Shown here one piece after another: positions 39,226 through 51,749 of a stretch of 64,000 nt of DNA. Source of the DNA: Octopus vulgaris (lineage: Eukaryota); NCBI GenBank assembly GCA_951406725.2, contig OX597820.1, positions 97,154,001-97,218,000 on the forward strand, written 5' to 3'. The number at the start of each line of letters is the position of its first letter. The stretch's first letter is position 1. A model generated the notes under the pieces. That model was not told where the DNA came from. It ran no database searches and was given only the letters and a program-made list of their open reading frames with translations. Both the position numbers and the translations under genes were made by a program.

Positions 39226-39951
39226 TGCGAGCGTGCTTGTTCTTGTCTGTCTGTTTTTACGTATTTCCGTAGGTTGTGGAGTATAGTAGATATAACGAAA
39301 TTATGCCAGCAATGTCTCATTTTAAACTTGAAGAAAAAAAGCCTTGCATATTTGTTCTTCCCTGTTTCATGTGTGTATGTAAAATCTGCGAATTTCCAAG
39401 CAGAAAACAGAATCGAAGTTTATGCATCGCAAATATCAGAAAACCAGAATGCCTTATCAGTTATAATACTCTTTTACTTGTTTCAGTCATTTGACTGTGG
39501 CCGTGCTGGAGCACCGCCATTTGGTCGAGCGGGTCGACCCCAGGACTTGTTCTTCGTAGGCCTAGTACTTGTTCTGTCCGTCTGTTTTGCCGAACCGCTG
39601 GTTTGCGGGGACGTAAACACACCAGCATCGGTTGTCAAGCGATGCTGGGGGCAAACACACACACACACACACATATATATATATGGTGTGTTTACGTCCC
39701 CGTAATGATGCTGATGTGTTTACGTCCCCATAACTTGGCGGTTCGGCTGGGAAAACCGATAGACTACGTACTACGTTTGCAAAGGGTGGGTCCTGGGGTT
39801 GATTTGCTCGACTAGAGGTGGTGCTCCAGCGTGGCCGCAGTTAACTGACTGAAACAAGTAAAAGAGTAAAAAAAGAGAGTCTCAACAGATAAAGTGAAAA
39901 CTCCCGGAATGCTTCATGTATGTGTACAAATGAATGTGTGTGAGTGTGTGA

Positions 39952-41060
39952 ATCATCATCGTCGTCATGGTTTAACGTCCGCTTTCCACGCTAGCATGGG
40001 TTGGACGATTTTGACTGAGGGCTGGCGAACCAGATGGCTTCCCCAGGCTCCACTTTTGATCTGGCAGAGTTTCTATAGCTCGATGCCCTTCCTAACGCCA
40101 ACCACTCTGAGAGTGTAGTGGGTGCTTTTTACATCCCACTGGCATGGGGCCAGTCAGGCGGTACTGGCAATAACCTCGCTCAAATCTTTTACACATGTCA
40201 CTGGCACAGGTTCCAGTAAGGTGACGTTGGTAATGATCACACTCAAATGGTGCCCCTTTATGTGGCACCAGCACGGAAGCCAGTTGGCTGCTCTGGCAAT
40301 GATCACACACGGATGGTGCTCTTGGCACCCTACTAGCACGGGCACAAGTGCCAGTAAGGCAACACTGGTAATGATCACACTCGAATGGTGCCCCTTTTAT
40401 GTGCCACTGGCACGGAAGCCGGTTGGCTGCTCTGGCAACGATCATGCACGGATGGTGCTCTTGGCACCCTACTGGCACAGGCACAAGTGCCAGTAAGACA
40501 ACACAGGTAACGATCACACTCGAATAATGTCCTTTTATGTGCCACTGGCACGGAAGCCGGTTGGCTGCTCTGGCAACGATCATGCATGGATGGTGCTCTT
40601 AGCACCCTACTAGCACGGGCACAAGTGCCAGTAAGGCAACACAGGTAACGATCACACTCGAACAGTGTCCTTTTATGTGCCACTGGCACGGAAGCCAGTT
40701 GGCTGCTCTGGCAACGATCAAGCATGGATGGTGCTCTTGGCACCCTACTAGCACGGGCACAAGTGCCAGTAAGGCAACGCTGGTAACGATCACACTCGAA
40801 CAGTGTCCTTTTATGTGCCACTGGCACGGAAGCCAGTTGGCTGCTCTGGCAACGATCAAGCATGGATGGTGCTCTTAGCACCCTACTAGCACGGGCACAA
40901 GTGCCAGTAAGGCAACGCTGGTAACGATCACACTCGAATGGTGCCAATTTATGTGCCACTGGCACGGAAGCCGGTTAACCACACTGTCAACGGTCACACT
41001 CGTATGGTGCTCTTTGCACCCTGCTAGCATGGACGCCAGTCATCGAATTTGATTTTGATT
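39952..41060 (-). mobile_element. RTE 3'-UTR element with ~126-bp tandem array (paralog of 3704-4810)
   Basis: Colinear with 3704-4810. Confidence 0.8.
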
Positions 41061-42041
41061 GTATGTGTATGTGTATAAGCTGTCTTCACATCATGATAGT
41101 TTGACTGTCACTGTCAGTCAAGCAGCATTCTGTTTCCAATCTTCTGTGTAAATATTTCCAGCCACGGAGAAATATCAGCTAGATTGGAAACAGGTGATGG
41201 TTGGTGACTAGAAGCACATCTTCTAGAAATGATGGTGATGACAATGATGATGATGATAACCAAACACTAGTGACATCACTGATATATGAGATTATGTCTT
41301 AAATCTATTGTTGTATTTAGGAATGGTCATTTTGCCAGTTTAGCCAATAAAAACACACGCACTATATATTTGGTGTTAATTTGCTTCAGCGTTATTTATT
41401 TTTTACATTAATCTCAATCTTATTTCGTCACACTTCTATGACCTCAAGCATGTATCTGACTCATACACTGTTCGCTTCCCAGACATTTGTACATTACTGC
41501 ATATGCTTTATAGTGCTTTTGACAAGTTGTGGTGCACCTGAGCACTGGCAGAACCGTTAGCACGCTGGCTGAAATGCGTAGCTGTATTTCGCCTGTCCTT
41601 ACATTCTGAGATCAAATTCCGCCGAGGTCAACTTTCCCTTTCATCCTTTCGGGGTCGATAAATTAAGTAATAGTTACGCACTGGGGTTAATGTAATTGAC
41701 TTAATCCCTTTGTCTGTCCCCTCTGTGTTTAGCCCCTTGTGGGCAATAAAGGAATATATTATTTTTATTATTATTATCATTATTATTATTTTCATTATTA
41801 TAAAATTGCAGTTCTGTATGTACGCAGAGATGTGCACTTTTTTTCATTTTAGCAAGAGAATGATTTATGAGAATGCCCATGACCAGCTGCATGCACATCA
41901 TCATCATCGTTTAACGTCCGTTCTCCATGCTAGCACGGGTTGGACGGTTCAACCGGGGATCTGGGATGCCAGAAGGCTGCACCAGGCTCCAGTCTTATCT
42001 GGCAATGTTTCTACAGCTGGATGCCCGTCATAAAATAGAGA

Positions 42042-42454
42042 GAATCTTTTCCATTTGCACGGCAGTTTTTAACATAATTTCTTGGTAACTAAAAAAAATT
42101 TAAACTTCGTATACTGGTAGAATGTGTTTATAAAACATCTTTTTCTCTTGGCTTTATTGAGAAAATTCTATAGTTTGTAAGATATTTGTTGGTGTTTTTC
42201 TTCAACTTCTGCAATTTCAACCAATCACTGACGTCTATTGAGGTAAAAAAAACATTCCGTGCTGTATGAATATGTCCCTCGTTTAAGAAACAGACTGAGT
42301 TTATTTACATTTGTGAAGAAAAAAAGATACCTTTCCCCCACCCCTAACCCTAAAATAGATTGAAATGCAATAGATCGATACTAGGGTCATAATTATGGGT
42401 GACAATTTCATATGACACCGCTAGAAAAAACTGCCGTTCAAACCGAAAAGATCC
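42042..42454. mobile_element. MITE with 8-bp TSD
   Basis: Imperfect TIR GAATCTTTTCCATTTGCACGGCAGTTTT / AAAACTGCCGTTCAAACCGAAAAGATCC; AATAGAGA on both sides. Confidence 0.8.
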
Positions 42455-43199
42455 AATAGAGATAATGCAACAAGCAAACCAAATAAGTAGTAGTAGTAAT
42501 AGTTCATATCATTTTTCACTAATCCCCCACAATTAGTAAGTCTAGGATCAAGTTTAACAACTAAGTCTTTTAGGGAATGAGTCACCTAGACCAGTGATGT
42601 CCAACCTTTTTCGCACCACACTGATTTCATGCAAGACAAGTTTTTTTTATAGAGTAGGGCATCACACACATAACAATAAAATGCATGATGCATAATTTAA
42701 GTATTACATATATATTACATTTTTAATACATATATAATACAAAAACACCTTACAGACTGCAATAGTCAATAAAATAGAAATAAAATTTTTAAAATTTATT
42801 TAGTTTTGTATCTTCCGGTGTCAAATGATTTAAATATGTATTAAATAATGATTTAAAAGCAGTGCTAGTGTTGTAAATACTGTCAACTGCACATAGTCAA
42901 TATATATCTTTGTTTGTTTGCCAGTTTACTGTGGTATAGCACCTGGGAGATAACTCCTCCATAACTCTGGGTGTTAAAACACCTAAAAGTCACAGACAAG
43001 CCAAACGACTTACCTCTGATTGAATTCAGGAGTGATGGATACTGATATTTTGTCATTTCCATGGATTATCAGCATTATATACTTGAATCAAACCAGGGAT
43101 GAATTAAATTGTCTATGACCATATATCAGGTGATTAAGAATGAAATGTCTGATTTTGAACTGAAAGTTTTAAATTACTTTATCTCAACAAAAAGCAATG

Positions 43200-44070
43200 C
43201 AGTTAATCAAAGTATGCACCTAAATTATCAACACAATTTTGCCATTTTATTGGCAGTGAAGAATTCTGGAGAGCAAAAATGATGAAATCACAAAAGGCTG
43301 TTTTTATATCTTCTTCAGATTTGAAGTATTTTTCCTTGCAAAAAGTTGTCTAATGCCTGGAAAACATGATAGTCAGTTGGTGCAAAGTTTGGTGAATATG
43401 GTGTATGAGAGAGTACTTCCAAGTTCAGTCCCTGTACCTTGAGTAGCGTTCATTGTGCATTGTCTTGCAAGAGAATTGGCCTGTCTCTATTGACTAATCT
43501 TGGTTGTTTAATTGCAAATTCATTCATCATTTCATCCAATTGGTTAATGTATACATCCACTATAATTGACTTACCAAGCTGTAGTAGGTGACACCAGTGA
43601 TGGACCACCGAACAGACACTATTAGCTTTTTATGGTGAATATTCTTTTTTGGATTGTGTTATGGCACTTCATCTCTATCCAACCACTGTGCAGAATGCTT
43701 GCTATTGTCAAAAAGAATCCTTTTTCCATCACACATAATATGATGCAAAATGGTCCCCTTTTATGCCGTGACACGAAAGAACAGCAAGTTTCAAGACGAC
43801 CTGCCATTTGATGCTCATTCAGTTTGTGTCGTATCCACTTGTCCAGCTTCTTTACCTTGCCAATTTGTTTCAGATGGTCCAATACAGTTGGAATGAAGCA
43901 CCAAACCTTGCTGCTAATTCACGCGTAGTTTGAGATGTATCCCCTTCTACTACAGTTTCCAGCTCATCATTATCCAACTTGGTCTCAAGTCTACCACAGG
44001 ACTGATTTTCAAATGTAAAGTCACCAGACCAAAACTTTTCAAACCATCAATGTACAATGCACTCATTCAC
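43200..44070 (-). pseudogene. Degraded mariner-type transposase
   Basis: IGKVKKLDKWIRHKL (WVPHEL-like); PYSPNFAPTDY (YSPDLAP-like) near 43370-43405. Confidence 0.75.
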
Positions 44071-44999
44071 CACATAAAAAAAAATAATAGTAATGAAATT
44101 ATTGTATACAGTGCTCAGGTGCACCGCAACTTGTCAAAAGGTGTGTATAAAGTATATGCAGTAATGTACAAATGTCTGGAAAGTGAACAGTGCATAAGTC
44201 AGATACATGCCTGCGTGTGCATGGAGGGGAGAAAATCAGGTGTAGTGTTGGCAAATCTCAGGAAGCATGGAAGTCCTGAAGGATGCAGTGCTCCAACGAA
44301 CCAAACACCTTGTTGATGTTTCAAGCTGTCTGGAATGTATTGATTCCACGATGGAACTCATATTCATAAAACAACATGAATTTTTGATCTCTACATGGGT
44401 TCACAAAAATTGATTTACAAAAGAAAACTCACAACATAATCAGACACGATGAATTGCATTTCGAAAAGTGATGATGTAACTCTTCAAAGTTATAAAACAA
44501 AGAATTGTCAGGATAAAACATTAGAGTTAACAACTGTCAAACTGGAAAGTGCATAAGAAAATCGGACATTTTATTCTTAATGACCAGATACAAATAGTGT
44601 AAAAACTATTTGCTGGTAGCAACAGTGATGCATACTTAAGATTAAATTCAACAATGAATTAAAAGCAGTGCTAGTGCTGCAAACATTATTGACTGCACAT
44701 GCTCAATGTATGTGATTTGTTTATTTGCCAGTTCACTGCAGTATAGCACCTGAGGGATGACTCCCACATTACACCTAAAAAAAATCATAGACAGGTGAGA
44801 TAGTATTGGTATCCATCACTTCTGAATTCGATTGGAAGTGAGTTGTCTCGTCTGTCTATGACTTTTGGGTGTATTAACACTCAGCATAATGAGGAAGTTG
44901 TCCCCCAAGTGCTATTCTGGCAAACAAACAAAACATATTGTTAGGAAATTATAAATTATGTTAAGTTAAACAGTAAACCGTAAAGCTTCAGCCAGATTC

Positions 45000-47885
45000 C
45001 TCACAGGCAAAGCACATAAGTATAAACTCTTCTGGGAAGGTAATAGTCATGGAATAGGAGGTGTGGGCATACTTCTGGCGGAGAAATGGGTAGATAAAGT
45101 CATATAGGTAGTGAGTGTGTGCGATAGAGCACTTAAACTCAGGTTAGTCTTGCAGAATGGTATATCTCTGCTTACGCCCCACAAGCAGGCCTACCAAATG
45201 AACAGAAGGATCACTTTTATGATATTCTTCTGCTGGCTACCTCAAAGAGATTTTAATGGGCATGTTGGACAGCAACTTGATCTCTTCCATAGTGTACATG
45301 GTACCAGAAATGAAGAGGGAACTAGGTTCCTGGAATTCTGCAATGCAAATAAACTATTGATCTGCAACACCAACTTCAGGAAGCCAGCTAGCCACCTGAT
45401 AACCTATCAATCAGGTGACTCTGCTAGCCAGATTGATATCGTTCTTACCAGACAGCAGGATGCAGGGTTGCTCTTAAATGCAACGACCCTCCCTGGTGAA
45501 GAATGTACCCCCCAGTATAGACTAGTTATTAGTGACTTAGACTCGAGGCCAGAAGGATGCCAAAAAGCAGACTAATCTGGAAAAGAAGGACTTGGAAACT
45601 TAAGAACCCTTCACATGCTCAGAGATTTAGGTATATCCTTACCGAGAAATTTGATGATAGGGAGGAGGAGCTGCTGTCCTGTGACATAGAAGGCAGCTGA
45701 GAATTCCTGGAAGACAGCTTGTTGAGTGCCACAGACTGAATCTGTGGCTGATGCAAAGTTCCTTCCAGACCTAGGGTAACATGGTGGTGGAACAATACTG
45801 TAGACAGGGCCATTAGAGCAAAGAAACAGGCTTGGATGGCCTGGAAGAGTGAGGGCAGCAGGAGATTGTATCAGATAGCTAAAAGGAAAGCTAGGAGACA
45901 GGTATATATAGCCAAGCGGGGAGCAGAAAAGAAGTTTGCCAATGTTCAACGACATGAGGACCAACGAACGGAAGTATTTCGGATTGCAAGAGAAAACCGT
46001 GATGTCATAGGAGAGAAATGTGTCTGCATAGATGATGGTGCCCTTGCATTTAATGATTCTGCAAAAAAAGAGGCTTGAGATGCCATTATGAAAGACTGCT
46101 GAATGTGGAGAATGAATGGGAGGAGGAGTGTCTACCAAAGGTTGACCCAGTTGAGGGACCAGCTTCCCGAATCAACAGTACCCTGGTAGATAGAGCAATT
46201 AAGGATATGAAGACAGGGAAAGCACCTGGCCCATCAGGAATCATTACTGAGATGCTTAAAATATCAGGCAGTGTGGGTTATGGTCTTGTCACCTGCATTG
46301 TAAATCAGGTAGTTTATGAAGGAGTCATACCCAATGACTGGTGTAGCAGCACTATAGTCAACTGCTACAAGGGTAAGGGTGATGCTTTAGATAGAAATAA
46401 CTACTGGGGTATCAAATTATTGAATCAAGCGATGAAAATTACAGAGAGGGTCATAGCCCAACTAATTAGGGAGAGAGTTAGCCTAGATGAGATGCAGTTT
46501 GGTTTTGTGCCCGGCAGAGGCACCACTGATGCTATATTTCTGGTAAGGCAACTGCAGGAGAAATATCTAGTCAAAGATAAACCTCTGTACTTGGCTTTTA
46601 TTGAGTTGGAGAAAGCCTTTGATAGGGTCCCACAATCCCTTATCTGGTAGTCAATGCAGAAACTGGGGATAGACAAGTGTTTGGTAAGAGCTGTACAAGC
46701 CCTGTACAGGGATGCTGTCAGTAGGGTGAGGGTTGGCAACAAGTACAGTGAAGAATTCCAAGGAGAAGTAGGGGATCAGTCCTCAGCCCCCTCTTATTCA
46801 TCATAGTCCTCTAGACAATAAGAGAAGTATTCAAGACAGGCTACCACTGGGAGCTCCTCTATGTTGATGACCTTGCTCTAATAGCCAAATCACTGCCAGA
46901 ACTAGAGTTGAAGTTTAGGGTGTGGAAGCAAGGTCTAGAATCGAAGGGCCTTAGGGTTAAACCTAGCAAAAACCAAAGTCTTAGTAAATAGGAAGGCTGT
47001 CAAATCACAAACCCCTTCAGGTAGATGGCTCAATTTGTAAGAAAGGCATGGGTAGAAACTCCATATGAAGTACCTGGTATAAGCTTTGGACACATAAGAG
47101 GTGCAGCAATATCAAAGGAAGGTTAACCGGGAAGATAGTTTTTGTGTGTGACAGATGCACAGGGGCAATCAACACTGAAGATGCACAGAAAACAGATTGC
47201 ATCACATGCCAGGGGGAGAAACTAGAAGTAGTTAATAGCTTCCACTGCCTAGTTAATAGCTCCCCCTGATGTGTTGGGTGATATGATATGCTTGAGAAGA
47301 CCCGTTGTGTCAAGTAAAACTTCATCTCTAGTTCTGGCAGTGATTTGGCTATTAGAGCAAGGTCATCAACATAGAGGAGTTCCCAGTGGTAGCCTGTCTT
47401 GAATACCTCTGTGACCAGTGCATCCTGACTAGCTCCCATGCTAATAGCACGTAAAAAGCACCGTCTGAACGTGATCGATGCCAGGTCTGCCTGACTGGCT
47501 CTTGTGCCGGTGGCATGTAAAAAGCACTATTTGCACGTGATCGATGCCAGGACCAGCTGACTGGCCCCTGTGATGGTAGTACATAAAAAACTCCATCCGA
47601 ACGTGGTTAATGCCAATACCCCCTGACTGGCTCCCATGTAGGTGGCATGTAAAAAGCACCATCTGAATGTAGCTGATGCCAGTTCCCCAGACTGACCCCT
47701 GTGCCAGTGGCACGTAAAAAGCATTATTTGAATGTGATCAATGCCAGGCCCACCTGACTGGCTCCTGTGTCGGTGACACGTAAAAAACACCCACTACTCT
47801 CAGAGTGGTTAGCGTTAGGAAGGGCATCCAGCTGTAGAAACATTGCCAGATCAGATTGGAGCCTGTATGCAGCTGCTGGCTCTCC
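45000..47885 (+). mobile_element. Degraded RTE LINE (third subfamily) with inverted internal fragment and tandem-repeat tail
   Basis: DFNGHVG, FGFVPGRGTTDAIF, many stops; ~47318-47410 is an inverted copy of ~46825-46915. Confidence 0.85.
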
Positions 47886-47989
47886 AATTAGGATTTAAAA
47901 CACTGCTCCTATGGGAGATTATTGTTCTGCTTTACAATTGGACTCTGTGAACTTGCATATCAAGGCACTATTTTATACATATTTGTGTG

Positions 47990-48720
47990 CATCAGAAGCA
48001 TCAGTTGTGGTGTGCAAGAGAGACGAGTGCGCTGGTATGGTTATGTGGCGAGAATGGATGAAGATAGGTGTGTGAGAAAGTGCCAATCCCTAGCAGTTGA
48101 GGGAACCCGTGGAAGAGGTGGACCCAGGAAAACTCGGGACGAGGTGGTGAAGCACAACCTTCAAACTTTAGGCCTCACTGAGAAAATGACCAGCGACTGA
48201 GACCTTTGGAAATATGCTGTACGTGAGAAGACCAGGCAGGTCAAGTGAGCCCAGCCCACTTATGCATGCCTTTCCTCCCTAGGACACAAAGACCTGTTGA
48301 GGCAAGCGAAGTCGATATAGAACCTCATCCGACGACAGGCACCCATGCCAACCCCCTTTGCTTGCGAAGACATGTTGGGGCAAGCGAAATCGAAATCGAA
48401 TTGAACCAGCCAGGATCCCTGGTCTGGTGGTACGTAAAAAGCACTATCCGACTCGTGGCCGATGCCAGCGCCAACTCGACTGGCCTCCGTGCCGGTGGCA
48501 CATAAAATACACCAATCCGACCATGGCTGTTGCCAGCCTCGCCTGGCACCTGTGCAGGTGGCACATAAAAAGCACCCACTACACTCACAGAGTGGTTGGC
48601 GTTAGGAAGGGCATCCAGCTGTAGAAACATTGCCAGATAAGACTGGAGTCTGGTGCAGCCTTCTGGCTTCCCAGATCCCCGGTCGAACCGTCCAACGGAC
48701 GATGATGATGATGATGATGT
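47990..48720 (+). mobile_element. 5'-truncated RTE insertion specific to ZNF-B downstream region
   Basis: Absent at the equivalent paralog A site (~8825); imperfect TGTG(T/C)GC duplication; (GAT)n tail. Confidence 0.85.
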
Positions 48721-49075
48721 GCGCGTGAAAGTGATAAACTAAATACAATTTCAGGTGTAGTTTTATTTGGATTAAAATACCAGCAATGTCAGTGCAAAAC
48801 CTTTTACTACAGTTCACCTGCATTTAGTCAGGCACACTCACTCTTTTTCGTTGCTTTAGTCTTCTACTAGCAATACAAACAGGACATGTGTTGTGTTTTA
48901 TTATTTGTAAGATAATCTTATAGAAGATATTACCTGCATAGAAAGAATTATGATACAGATACACTCACTTGTATGAACACATTACTTGTGTAATCAATTG
49001 TTTTTTTGGGGAATGATTTATCACAGATATCACAGTGATATAGCTTCTCCCATGCAAAAATTTACTTATGTATAG

Positions 49076-50722
49076 TTAAGTTACCATTTTGAAAGAAGGA
49101 TGTATTATAGATTTTTCACCCGCATGAATGGATTTGTGTTTAGTTAGCTGTTTATTTTCAGAGAATGATTCATCACAGACATGACAGTGATAGGGTTTCT
49201 CTCCTGTATGAATATGTTTGTGTCTATTTAGAATATCTTTCCGAGTAAATGATTTCCCACAGATATCACAGTGATACGGTTTCAATCCTGTGTGAGTGTA
49301 TTCGTGTCTAGATAGTTTATTTCCTTCAGAGAATGATTTACCACAGATATCACAGTGATATGGCTTCTCTCCTGTATGAACATGTTTGTGTATAGTTAAA
49401 CGCTCATTTCGAGAGAATGATTCACCGCAGATATCACAGTGATATGGCTTCTCTCCTGTATGAATGAGTTTGTGTTTAGTTAAGCTACTCCTATAAGAGA
49501 ATGATTTACCACAAATGTCACAGTCAAACGGCTTCTCTCCTGTATGAATACGTTTGTGAGTAGTTAAGTGACTATTTAAAGTGAATGATTTACCACAGAT
49601 ATCACAGCAATATGGTTTCTCCCCTGTGTGAGTGTATTTATGTTTAGATAGTGTATTTTGTTCAGAGAATGATTTACCACAGATATCGCAGTGATATGGC
49701 TTCTCTCCTGTATGAATGAGTATGTGTTTAGTTAATCTAACTGCTTCGGAGAATGATTTACCACAAATGTTACAGTCGTATGGCTTCTCTCCTGTATGAA
49801 TGAGTTTGTGTCTAGTTAAGCAATTACTTTGCGCGAATGATTTACCACAGATATTGCAGTGATATGGTTTCTCCCCTGTGTGAGTGTATTTGTGTCTAGA
49901 TAGTCGATTTCCTTCAGAGAATGATTTACCACAGATATCACACTGATACGGTTTCTCCCCTGAATGAATGCGTTGGTGTCTAGTTAAGTCATTCCTTAGA
50001 GAAAATGATTTACCACAGATATCGCAGTGATATGGCTTCTCTCCTGTGTGAACATGTTTGTGTCTAACTAGTTGATTTCTTTCAGTGAATGATTTACCAC
50101 AGATATAACAGTGATATGGCTTCTCTCCCGTATGAATGCGTTTGTGTCTAGTTACGTCACTGCTACGAGTGAGTGATTTACCACAGATATCACACTGATA
50201 TGGCTTCTCTCCTGTATGAACAAGTATGTGTTTAGTTACGTCACCACTTTGAGAGAATGATTGACCACAGATATCACAGTGGTATGCCCTCTTTCCTGTA
50301 TGAACAAGTTTGTGTGTAGTTAAGTCACGCCTTAGAGAGAATGATTTACCACAGATATCGCAGTGATATGGATCCTCTCCTGTGTGAACGGATTTGTGTC
50401 TAAATAGTTTATTTCTTTCAGAGAATGATTTACCACAGATATCGCAGTGATATGGCTTCTCTCCTGTATGGACGAGTTTGTGTTTAGTTAAGTTACCTGA
50501 TGTGGAGAATGATTTACCACAAACGTTACAGTCATATGGTTTCTCTCCTGTATGAATACGTTTGTGAACAATGAGTTTAGCTTTTTGAGAGAATGACTTT
50601 TTACATATATCACAAGAATAGGGTTTTTTTCCTGCATCTTTTGGCATCTCATCAAGAAAATCATTATTGTCAAACTCTGATTTACATTTAACACTACCTT
50701 CACAGAATTCATTTTCCATCAT
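49076..50722 (-). CDS. Tandem C2H2 zinc-finger protein, 18 fingers, 548 aa (paralog B)
   Basis: Colinear with 9172-10818; 22 amino-acid differences by manual comparison. Confidence 0.95.
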   Translation of the reverse strand: MMENEFCEGSVKCKSEFDNNDFLDEMPKDAGKKPYSCDICKKSFSQKAKLIVHKRIHTGEKPYDCNVCGKSFSTSGNLTKHKLVHTGEKPYHCDICGKSFSERNKLFRHKSVHTGEDPYHCDICGKSFSLRRDLTTHKLVHTGKRAYHCDICGQSFSQSGDVTKHILVHTGEKPYQCDICGKSLTRSSDVTRHKRIHTGEKPYHCYICGKSFTERNQLVRHKHVHTGEKPYHCDICGKSFSLRNDLTRHQRIHSGEKPYQCDICGKSFSEGNRLSRHKYTHTGEKPYHCNICGKSFAQSNCLTRHKLIHTGEKPYDCNICGKSFSEAVRLTKHILIHTGEKPYHCDICGKSFSEQNTLSKHKYTHTGEKPYCCDICGKSFTLNSHLTTHKRIHTGEKPFDCDICGKSFSYRSSLTKHKLIHTGEKPYHCDICGESFSRNERLTIHKHVHTGEKPYHCDICGKSFSEGNKLSRHEYTHTGLKPYHCDICGKSFTRKDILNRHKHIHTGEKPYHCHVCDESFSENKQLTKHKSIHAGEKSIIHPSFKMVT

Positions 50723-51555
50723 TTTCTTCCTCTTACCAATGTTCAGATGTTTTACTTTTTTTTAACTAAATTTTTTTTTATTAACAAATATTTATTCTCT
50801 TTATATTTCCTAAATCTTCTGTTATCTGAAGAAGCCTCAAACTCCTTTGTAATCCAAGTTTAATTAGAATACCATATCATCTTCAAAACATTCAAGACAG
50901 TGAAGTAGAGATATTTCGCTAATAGTCTCACTCGGAAGAAATATTCCACAGTAATTCCACCATGTGTTTACATATTCCGTGTGATGTCTGTTCCCTGTGA
51001 TGTTTTCTTTTAATCTTTAAAAGATGGCAAACGTTGATTCTGACCAGTGAAGTATTCTTTGCTGCCAATGTCTTCTGGTTATCTGAAATATCAGAGAGGA
51101 GACATAGAAAATTTAAGGTTAAATAATAGAAATTTGACAGTATTACGACAATGACAAATTGAAAATTCCTTGGCAGTTTCATATTTGAATCAATCTGGAA
51201 GTAAAATTTAAATGAAGCCAAAGAAATAGATGTCCTGATGCTCTGTTTATACACTGCTGGAAGGTTAGATAATGTAGGATTTCTGAAAATTCTACCATAG
51301 GCACAGGCATAGCTGTGTGGTAAGAAGCTTGCTTCCCGCGCATGCGTCAATCTGTTTGGTGTGCTGGGTTTTGACGAGACGGATAGAATTTCTCGAGCTG
51401 CTTGGCGGCGGTTTGTAGGTGAGTGTTGTACCGGTAGAAAGGAATATATTCAGTTTGGTTGGAAATAAAGAACTTCTTTAGCTTAATAATCCTAACTTAA
51501 TGCCGGGCAAAGCTGGGTTATACTGCTAGTATATATATATGTATGTATATGTGTG

Positions 51556-51588
<33 letters not shown>

Positions 51589-51671
51589 TACATATATATA
51601 TACACACATATATATACACACATATATACACATATATATATATACACATATATATATACACATATATATAT

Positions 51672-51724
<53 letters not shown>

Positions 51725-51749
51725 CATACATATATGTATGTATTTATAT

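Noticed and set aside
42330-42352. CCCTAACCCTAA as telomeric repeat (also ~2300, ~2390)
   Set aside because: Only 1-2 units, internal to MITEs
50928-51350. 140-aa ORF upstream of ZNF-B (87 aa at 11206-11469)
   Set aside because: Spans SINE/intron sequence and the acceptor; broken in paralog A by an 18-bp indel containing a stop
38480-51529. Duplicated units as haplotype or assembly artefact
   Set aside because: Three copies with distinct TE insertions, deletions and several percent divergence fit real tandem duplication better, though not formally excluded
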